Assembly (NCBI GenBank): GCA_002269645.1
Contig: NIVC01000598.1
Coordinates: 470,286 to 534,285, forward strand
Length of the DNA: 64,000 bases
DNA from: Macrostomum lignano
Taxonomy: Eukaryota
Direction of reading: 5' to 3'
Of the stretch, positions 55,034 to 64,000 are shown piece by piece; position 1 is the first letter of the stretch; every line of letters starts with the position of its first letter. The notes beneath the pieces were generated by a model. That model was not told the origin of the DNA and searched no databases. It was given only the letters and a program-made list of their open reading frames with translations. The position numbers and the translations under genes are program-made.

Positions 55034-55047
55034 GTTTCAATGGAAAC
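55034..55047. promoter_or_regulatory. X-box-like variant GTTTCAATGGAAAC upstream of copy D
   Basis: One mismatch to the A/C palindrome, same -168 position. Confidence 0.5.
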
Positions 55048-55201
55048 ATTAGCCAGGCCCCAAGACAATAGACTTTCCTACTAAAGCAGAGTTTGACTGC
55101 ATCGGGTCTGCGCTACTTCCCCAGTTTGTTGAGATTCTCAAGCTCACAGCCTCTCACTCAGTGCTGCCTTCTCATTCCTACTTACTGGACGGCCTTCCAA
55201 A

Positions 55202-56654
55202 ATGTCTTTATCGAGCATTGCCGTCATCGTGGCCATCTGGAGCTCTCGAGCTGCCGGTGAGACCTTCGTCTTCGACAAGAGGCCGGACCTGTGCTTCGCG
55301 GAGGCGGACCCGGCTGCTGGCCACCAGCGCAAAGTGCTCGGAGTTGTTGACTCTCGAGTGTGCGCGGTTGAGTGCGCGGTCAACACCAGCATGTGCTCCG
55401 TCTACCAATACCTGCCTGGCAACAAATCCTGCGTCCTTGGCAACAGCTGCGACCTGCTGCTGAAGTGGCAGAGCACTGGCGGGCCAGCGTGCGACACGCA
55501 GACGCTTCGAGATCGGGCAGCGTGCGGGACCACGAGCGACACTGCAGCCACAACTGCAGCCTCGACTGGAGCAGTTGCTACTACAACTACAACACCAACT
55601 ACAACTACAACTACAACTACTACTACAACTACAACACCAACTACAACTACAACTACAACTACAACACCAACTACAACTACAATACCAACTACAACTACAA
55701 CACCAACTACAACTACAACCCAAACAACAACCACTGCACAAACCGCATTTCATGGTAAGTTGAGCATGAGATCTTCCGATCTAAATGCCGGGTCATGGGT
55801 GCCATTAGCGAACACTGTATCAGATTATAGCAATACAACACATGGAACTTCTTCCAGCTCCTCCGTCGGACTCGAGCAACCAAACTGGATCGGTGCAGAC
55901 TTTCACTCCGCCGACCGACGGCTGCTATCAAATCTCGGCTTGGGGCGCCAGAGGCGGCAAGTCATCCGCTAACGCGAACGGCGGCAGAGGCGCATTCAAG
56001 AGCGCCAATTTCATGCTGACCACGTCGCAAACTCTCACGCTTGTTGTTGGCAAGCCGGGAAACAGCGGCAGCAGCGGTGGAGGAGGCGGAGGAGGAGGCA
56101 GCTTTGTGTACACAACCGGCCCCAACACGCTGCTGCTGGCGGCCGGTGGCGGAGGAGGCGGCGGCGCCGAGTCTTCCTCGTCGATCGGTAAGGACGGAAC
56201 AAGCAGCACCGGAGGCTCTTGCGGCACATCCGACGGACAAGGCGGTGACGGAGACAGCAACGATAACTCTGGCGCGGGCGGAGCTGGCTGGAGCTCAGAT
56301 GGAACAGCTCAAGCCACTGGCAATGGCGGAGGCCACGGTGGAAGAGGCATCGGCGGCAGCTGGGCCGGCGGCAACGCGGGAACGGGCAGCAACGGCTTCG
56401 GCGGCTACGGCGGAGGTGGCGGAGGCGGCAACAACGATGGAGTCCCTCCTGACGGCCGCGGTGGAGGCGGCGGTGGAGGAGGCGGCTTCTCTGGCGGTTG
56501 CGGAGGATCCGGCGACAGCGATGACGGCTACGGAGGCGGCGGTGGCAGCTACGCGAGCTCATCCGGCAAGCAGGCCACGGGAGCGACAGGCGGCAACGGT
56601 GAAGTCTTCGGCAAGGTGAACATCGCTCAGGTGGTCGCCTCTCTGTGCAGTTAA
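55202..56654 (+). CDS. copy D: secreted PAN-like + 76-aa Thr stalk + Gly-rich protein, 449 aa; exons 55202-55754 and 55858-56654
   Basis: Same structure and intron; open frame; unique VPPDGR insert. Confidence 0.85.
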
Positions 56655-57084
56655 CATGAGCAGTCAGTCTTTTCTCATCGACATTATGCAGGCCAGATTA
56701 TACTTACTGTACTTACTTTTTAAAGCTATTTAAACTTATTTAAACATGCTTACTTTCTCTATCGCAGCTACAGTAGTGCAGTTTCTATTGAAGATTCCTT
56801 TAGATTGCATATTAATGCATACATGTACTGTAGCTATGAAGTAGTATGCTCAGTAAAAATTTTTCTGTTCCTAATTGAACAAATATTGCCTCGTACAAGG
56901 AACTCCCGAATTTTTAAAGTTTTTTATCTCTGTCGTATTTATTTGTAATTAATTTTCTTCGCTTTTAAGCCTTAAATCTATACAACATATACAATAAGTT
57001 TAGATTGAAATAATAAAACAACTCTATTTGACACAGCTCCTTAAGTTACGTCATTTCTGGCTATTTAGTTATTGTGAACTTTGT

Positions 57085-57385
57085 GCATTGTGAAGTTTGG
57101 ATATTGTGGGTCTTGGATATTTGTGAAGTTTGGTGGTTGTGAAGTTTGGATATTGTGAGTCTTGGATATTTGTGAAGTTTGGGGATTGTGAAGTTTGGAT
57201 ATTGTGGGTCTTGGATATTTGTGAAGTTTGGTGGTTGTGAAGTTTGGATATTGTGAGTCTTGGATATTTGTGAAGTTTGGGGATTGTGAAGTTTGGATAT
57301 TGTGGGTCTTGGATATTTGTGAAGTTTGGTGGTTGTGAAGTTTGGATATTGTGAGTCTTGGATATTTGTGAAGTTTGGGGATTGT
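57085..57385. repeat. ~50-bp minisatellite with two alternating variants (~100-bp higher-order unit)
   Basis: TGTGAAGTTTGGATATTGTG[G/A]GTCTTGGATATTTGTGAAGTTTGG[TGGT/GGAT] alternation. Confidence 0.92.
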
Positions 57386-57389
57386 AGCT

Positions 57390-57870
57390 GCGCACTGCCC
57401 CACCTGGAAGACAAGCAAGATGAGCTTCTTCCACCCTAGTCAGATCCTCATGCGCACTGCGAATTCACAGTCTCAATCGGTCGCACACAAAGCGCAGAAA
57501 CTCTTAACTTCTCGATCGTTACATGTAGCTCTTTTAAATTGTCTGTCTAGTTGCCAAGGCTGTCTCTCTTGTTGGTCTTTGCATTGTCACCTTCGCCGTC
57601 CCAGACACTGCATGGAAGTCTTCCTTGCCTTGCGCCTCTGCACTTCATTTACTCACATAGAAGTGTACTACTAGTGTGTATGCATCTGCTGACGTGTGCT
57701 CCTAACACGTGATGAATTGCTTCCCATGGCCTTGCCGCAGCCTCCGCAAGGCCACTTTACCTACTCTTCTCTCTTAGTCTTTGCTGGTTCGATAGTTTCT
57801 TTTTGCAGTTGATCGCCCTGGTTCTGCCAGCCAAGCTTGGCCCTTTCGTTCCATTGTTGCTTTGCATTGA
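57390..57870 (-). mobile_element. old degenerate RTE-type LINE fragment with Cys-rich insert
   Basis: With frameshifts and stops it reads KWPCGGCGKAMGSNS ... EVKSFC ... AVRMRI*LGWKKL, like the post-YADD region of invertebrate RTE elements. Confidence 0.55.
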
Positions 57871-58779
57871 GTGGCAGTGGCGGTTGGTTGCTCCCAATTC
57901 CTCTTGGCCAGGTTGTCTCGGGTTCCTCCCTACTTCCTATTCCACTTGCTCACAGGGCTGAGCAGGGGCCACGGACCTCTTAGAGTCGCTTAGTTAGGGA
58001 TGATTCTTACACGTACCTGTGTCCTTTCATAGGTACCACAGCAACTGGAATCCGCAGATGAAACTGCTGCAATGCTTAGTAGCAGTAAGTCCCTAGTATC
58101 TGTGGTAGGTATGAGTACCCTGAGTAGCCTTTCCTCCACTTGTGGTCTTTTGAGCACAGTCAACAGGACCCTGGTGTCTATTGCCTAATTTACACGTCGC
58201 TTATATATGCACACAACCTGTGACATGCAATCTTATGAAGCAAATATTTAAAATTAATAAAAAATTCAAGCTTAAAATTCATACTTGGCAGGTTAATTAA
58301 CAGGTAATTGACCGGTAATCCTTACATTGTATCTCAACAAGTGAACTGGCTAACAAGAAGCAATAAAAATGCCAGAGAGGACTACACTATAATAAGAAAA
58401 AATTAGAAAACACTAATGCCTAAATTGCAATCGTGAACCAAATTAGAAGCTAATCATTGGCACGAAGAAGAGTGTATAGAGTATTTTCAGCAACAGTATT
58501 TTACTAATAGTAGTCAGTTCGCAGTTTAACAGATTATTTAAACACTTTGGTTACAAAAACAGGTAAGTAGGGAAAGGCAAAGTCATAGAGAACTGTACAC
58601 AACAGACAGCAAAGTTTAGTAGAAGGAAAACAGTTCCAAGAAAACAATATAGCCGAATGATGATGTGATGTAACACATCCTTACATTCCTTACATTCAGG
58701 AGCTGTGACAGCACTTCAATAAATCCCCATTCCAATCAACTCCCTCACTTCCCCACTCTACCCAACCACTACCAGTCCA

Positions 58780-59800
58780 TCCCGACTCTACTCAACCACT
58801 CTACCATTCCACCCCCTCTACCATTCCACCCCCTCTACCATTCCACCCCCACTCTACCATTCCCCCCACTCTACCATTCCACCCCACTCTACCATTCCCC
58901 CCACTCTACCATTCCACCTCACTCTACCAATCCACCCCACTCTACCATTCCACCCCCACTCTACCATTCCACCCCCACTCTACCAATCCACCCCCACTCT
59001 ACCATTCCACCCCCACTCTACCAATCCACCCCACTCTACCAATCCACCCCCACTCTACCATTCCACCCCCACTCTACCATTCCACCTCACTCTACCAATC
59101 CACCCCACTCTACCAATCCACCCCCACTCTACCATTCCACCTCACTCTACCAATCCACCCCCACTCTACCATTCCACCCCCACTCTACCAATCCACCCCA
59201 CTCTACCAATCCACCCCCACTCTACCATTCCACCCCCACTCTACCAATCCACCCCACTCTACCATTCCACCCCCACTCTACCATTCCACCTCACTCTACC
59301 AATCCACCCCCACTCTACCATTCCACCCCCACTCTACCAATCCACCCCACTCTACCAATCCACCCCCACTCTACCATTCCACCTCACTCTACCAATCCAC
59401 CCCCACTCTACTATTCCACCCCCTCTACCATTCCACCCCACTCTACCATTCCACCCCCACTCTACCATTCCACCCCCACTCTACCATTCCACCCCCACTC
59501 TACCATTCCACCCCCTCTACCATTCCACCCCCACTCTACCATTCCACCCCCACTCTACCATTCCCCCCACTCTACCATTCCACCTCACTCTACCATTCCA
59601 CCCCACTCTACCATTCCACCCCCTCTACCATTCCACCCCCACTCTACCATTCCACCCCACTCTATCATTCCACCCCACTCTACCATTCCATACACCCTAC
59701 CATTCCACCCCATTCTACCATTTCACCCACCCCCGGCCCCGATCTACCCAACCACTCTGCCATTTCACCCCACTCTACCCAACCACTCTACCATTCCACC
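58780..59800. repeat. 18-19-bp array (CTCTACCA[T/A]TCCACCCC(C)A)n directly downstream of the PIG-S stop
   Basis: Direct reading. Confidence 0.96.
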
Positions 59801-59813
59801 CACCCCTATTCCG

Positions 59814-62800
59814 CTATTCGTCTTTGGTCTTCTTGGCCTGCAGCGCCTTCAGCAGGCGGATAGCGGCCAGGCCAGATGCCATCAGGGAGATGCCGACAGG
59901 CAGAAAGTAGGGCACATAGATGGCGTACTTCTGGTCCTGAGGAAAGTACAGCAGCTGCAGCAAGCTGTGATCGAAGAAGGCCGATTCAGAATTTTTCAAA
60001 GCCGCTTTGCCCGCCACGAAAGCCTCAGTTAGGCCGCCGATCCTCAGATTATCCAGCGCCAGACTGAGGGCGCCAACCGAGGCGCTAATCTGGTCGGCAA
60101 CTCGCTCGCTAATAACCATATTTTCCACTCGGTCCAGCAGCTGCAGCAGCGAGCGCAGGGCCAGCTTGGTCCGCGCCGCGCTCTCCAGACTGCGCCGGCG
60201 GAGCCAGTGGCGGAGCTCCAATTGAGTTACCTGAAGATTTGGTCAAACCAATTTGCACTTCGGTCAAACAAATTTTGTGAAAAAAAATAATATCGATTGA
60301 AATTAACCTACAATCTGCTCAAACCAATCTACAATCTGGTCATAGCAAGCTTCAATCTGCTCAAACCAATCTACAATCTGGTCATAGCAAGCTTCAATCT
60401 GGTCAAAGTAATCTACAATCTGGTCTAACCAATCTACAATCTGGTCAGAGCAAGCTTCATTCTGGCCAAAGTAATCTACAATCTGGTCTAACCAATCTAC
60501 AATCTGCTGAAACCAATCTACAATCTGGTCTAACCAATCTACAATCTGCTGAAACCAATCTACAATTGGTCTAACCAATCTACAATCTGGTCAAGCCAAC
60601 CTTCAATATGTTCAAAGCAATCTTCAATTTGGTCAAAACAATCTACAATCTGGTCAGAGCAAATTCAATCTGGTCAGACCAAAAATCTGGTCAAAGTAAT
60701 CTTTAATCTGGTCAAACCAATAAACAATCTGGTCAAGCTAACCTTCAATCTGCTCAAAGCAATCTACAATACACCCAGGCCAGCAACAGAGCACCCTCAC
60801 CTGACTGTATCCTGGCGGCTCCAAAGGCAGGTAAATCCTTGGCAGCTGTCTGCGCAGTCCCAGAAGAGCTTTTAGCTGCGGCAGCAGGCCCGCCATCGCC
60901 TCGGTCATGTTGACCCGGTGCCGACCGTTGGGCCAGCTCTCGCCAGACGGCGGATTATAAAAGTACACGCCGCCCCAGCGGGCGCTCACCAGAGCGTTGA
61001 CGCTGACAGGCCGACCGTCGGGTCCGTAGAGTCGCAGCGGTGAATGCGCGGCTGGTGGCACGTAGATTAGCAGGCTGAGCTGTGGATTCGAACTCACGGC
61101 TGTCTGGACGTAGGGCTCCAGGCTGTTTAGTAAGTCTGGCAGAGCTGACTCATCGTAATAGTAGTGGCTGCCGTCTGAGGATCTGGGCGATCGAGACAGG
61201 GATGCTGACGACAATGATTGAAGAGTCTTAAGGGCTCTCGTGAGACTCTCACTCTCCACTTATCTCATTAGTGAGACTCTCACTCTCCACTTATCTCATT
61301 AGTGAGACTCTCACTCTCCACTTAATCTCATTAGTGAGACTCTCACTCTCCACTTATCTCATTAGTGAGACTCTCACTCTCCACTTATCTCATTAGTGAG
61401 ACTCTCACTCTCCACTTAATCTCATTAGTGAGACTCTCACTCTCCACTTATCTCATTAGTGAGACTCTCACTCTCCACTTAATCTCATTAGTGAGACTCT
61501 CACTCTCCACTTATCTCATTAGTGAGACTCTCACTCTCCACTTATCTCATTTGTGAGACTCTCACTCACCACTTAATCTCATTAGTGAGACTCTCACTCT
61601 CCACTTATCTCATTAGTGAGAGTCTCACTCTCCACTTATCTCATCAAATAGACACTATTACTTTACTTCTCTCATCAATAAACAGCAAAGCGAACCTCTT
61701 AGGTGGTCGATGGAAGGTCACGTGATGCACGATCTGGGATCGAACCGACAAGTTCACGTAGCGACTCAGTCGAGCCAGAAACGGGTCCAGCAGCAGCCTG
61801 ACGGCTTCCTGCACGTCCCAGCTCAGCCGGCGCTGGCTCGAAGGCTGGCTGTGCGCCAGGCTCAGCACGATGTCGTAGGCCGGCGCAGCGCCCGCCTGGC
61901 GGCGCGAATCGGCGCTGGACAGTCGCTGGTCGCCAATAGCGCTGGCGTAGGATTCTTCCAGGCCGTCGACGTCCAGTAGGACTCGGGTGACGATTCGCTC
62001 GATTTTGTCGCGAATCTCCTTGATGCCAGCGCCGCTGCTCAGGTAGACGCAGCCAGACTCGCGAACGTAGCCGCGTCTGTTTGATGTGACATGAGGCCTG
62101 TGGCGATTCTCAGGGCTGGATTGAGGCGATTCTCAGGGTTGGATTGGGGCGATTCTCAGGCTTGGATTGGGGCGATTCTCAAGGTTGGATTGAGGCGATT
62201 CTCAGGGTTGGATTGGGGCGATTCTCAGGCTTGGATTGGGGCGATTCTCAGGGTTGGATAGAGGCGATTCTCAGGGTTGGATTGGGGCGATTCTCAGGCT
62301 TGGATTGGGGCGATTCTCAGGGTTGGGTTGGGGCGATTCTCAGGGTTGGATTGGGGCGATTCTCAGGCTTGGATTGGGGCGATTCTCAGGGTTGGATTGA
62401 GGCGATTCTCAGGGTTGGATTGGGGCGATTCTCAGGCTTGGATTGGGGCGATTCTCAGGGTTGGATTGAGGCGATTCTCAGGGTTGGATTGGGGCGATTC
62501 TCAGGCTTGGATTGGGGCGATTCTCAGGGTTGGATTGGGGCGATTCTCACCATTTGATTGGGGCGATTCTTAGGGTTGGATTGGGGCGATTCTCAGGGTT
62601 GGATTGGGGCGATTCTCAGGGTTGGATTGGGGCGATTCTCAGGGTTGGATTGAGGCGATTCTCAGGGCTGGATTGGGGCGATTCTCAGCCAATCTCAGGG
62701 CTGGATTGGGGCGATTCTCAGGGTTGGATTGAGGCGATTCTCAGGGTTGGATTGAGGCGATTCTCAGGGTTGGATTGGGGCGATTCTCAGGGTTGGATTG

Positions 62801-64000
62801 GGGCGATTCTCAGGGTTGGATTGAGGCGATTCTCAGGGCTGGATTGGGGCGATTCTCAGGGTTGGATTGGGGCGATTCTCAGGGTTGGATTGGGCGATTT
62901 TCAGGGTTGGATTGGGGCGATTCTCAGGGTTGGATTGGGGCGATTCTCAGTGTCGGATTGGGGCGATTCTCAGGGTTGGATTGGGGCGATTCTCAGAGTT
63001 GGATTGGGGCGATTCTCAGGGTTGGATTGGGCGATTCTCAGGGTTGGATTGAGGCGATTCTCAGGGTTGGATTGGGGCGATTCTCAGGTTTGGATTGGGG
63101 CGATTCTCAGTGTCGGATTGGGGCGATTCTCAGGGTTGGATTGGGGCGATTTTCAGGGTTGGATTAGGGCCATTCTCACGGTTATATTGGGGCGATTCTC
63201 AGAGTTGGATTGAGGCGATTCTCAGGGTTGGATTGGGCGATTCTCAGGGTTGGATTGGGCGATTCTCAGGTTGGATTGGGGCGATTTTCAGGGTTGGATT
63301 AGGGCCATTCTCACGGTTATATTGGGGCGATTCTCAGAGTTGGATTGAGGCGATTCTCAGGGTTGGATTGGGCGATTCTCAGGGTTGGATTGGGCGATTC
63401 TCAGGGTTGGATTGGGGCGATTCTCACCATTTGATTGGGGCGATTCTTAGGGTTGGATTGGGGCGATTCTCACCATTTGATTGGGGCGATTCTTAGGGTT
63501 GGATTGGGGCGATTCTCAGGGTTGGATTGGGGCGATTCTCAGGGTTGGATTGGGGCGATTCTCAGGGCGGATATGGGCGATTCTCAGGGCGGATACGGGC
63601 GATTCTCAGGGCGGATATGGGCGATTCTTAGGGCGGATCGGGGTGATTCTCACCATTTGATTGGGGCGATTTTCACGGTTGGATCGGGGCGATTCTCAAA
63701 GCGGATTTGGGCGATTCTCCGAGCAGATTCGGGCGATTCTCAGAGTCAAAGCGGATTGAAGCGATTCTTATATGAACAACAAAAGCAATTTTCATAACTG
63801 AAAAGGGCAATTTTCATGAACACTTCATGGATGCCTCGATCTCCGCTCTCTCCCTCTCTCACTCAACTCACCTGCCGTTGCCGCCGCCGCCCCCCACGGA
63901 AGCCGGCGGTTCCAGCAGGCGAGACGAATTCGGCAGCAGCAAAATCGTCAGCATCGATTCCGCAGACGCAGCCCCGCCGCCACCACTGCTGGGAGACGCC
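59814..64000 (-). CDS. PIGS: GPI transamidase component PIG-S, 3' part; exons <63872-64000, 61667-62097 (alternative start 62076), 60801-61174, 59814-60230
   Basis: Phase-compatible GT-AG exons encode AYDIVLSL..WDVQEAV..DPFL, LLIYVP..AHSPL..SARWGG..YN and ESAFFDHSLLQLLYFPQDQKYAIYVPYFLP, then a TM segment and a KTKDE (KxKxx) ER-retrieval end. These match recalled PIG-S motifs. Confidence 0.93.
60305..60770. repeat. ~21-bp intronic minisatellite (AATCTACAATCTGGTCTAACC)
   Basis: Direct reading. Confidence 0.92.
61240..61645. repeat. 31-32-bp intronic minisatellite with internal palindrome AGTGAGA-C-TCTCACT
   Basis: Direct reading. Confidence 0.95.
62100..63745. repeat. 23-bp intronic minisatellite (TGGGGCGATTCTCAGGGTTGGAT)n
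   Basis: Direct reading. Confidence 0.97.

Noticed and set aside
60303-60578. 91-aa heptad-like ORF (QIVDWLD repeats) as a PIG-S exon
   Set aside because: Translation of a 21-bp intronic repeat; the flanking PIG-S exons join in phase 0 without it.

Overview
Animal genomic DNA with GT-AG introns, no prokaryotic features, and a minisatellite or microsatellite in most introns. This style suggests a flatworm such as Macrostomum, which is an unverified inference. (1) Bases 1-29.2 kb carry a minus-strand still life/Tiam1-2 type Rac GEF (EVH1/WH1, PH, coiled-coil-Ex, RBD, PDZ, DH). I reconstructed 16 phase-compatible exons plus one doubtful microexon; the gene runs off the left edge. (2) Bases 29-42 kb are mostly simple repeats and candidate non-coding exons. 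They also hold a decayed Penelope-like retroelement (RT C-terminus, GIY-YIG half, linker-like motif) that retains a complete minimal hammerhead ribozyme at 37621-37657. (3) Bases 42-56.7 kb hold a four-copy cluster of a two-exon gene predicted to encode a secreted protein: signal peptide, PAN/apple-like Cys domain, variable Thr-rich stalk and ALK/LTK-type glycine-rich domain, with no transmembrane segment or kinase. Three copies are intact (399, 469, 449 aa), each with an RFX X-box-like palindrome about 160 bp upstream of the ATG; one copy is inverted and 5'-truncated. This cluster is the best candidate for an undescribed system. It is interrupted by a tRNA-derived SINE and a 5'-truncated RTE-clade LINE with a 10-bp TSD. 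(4) Bases 59.8-64 kb carry the 3' exons of PIG-S (GPI transamidase subunit) on the minus strand. Most long ORFs in the supplied track are translations of tandem repeats. All family assignments come from recalled motif similarity; no database search was run.
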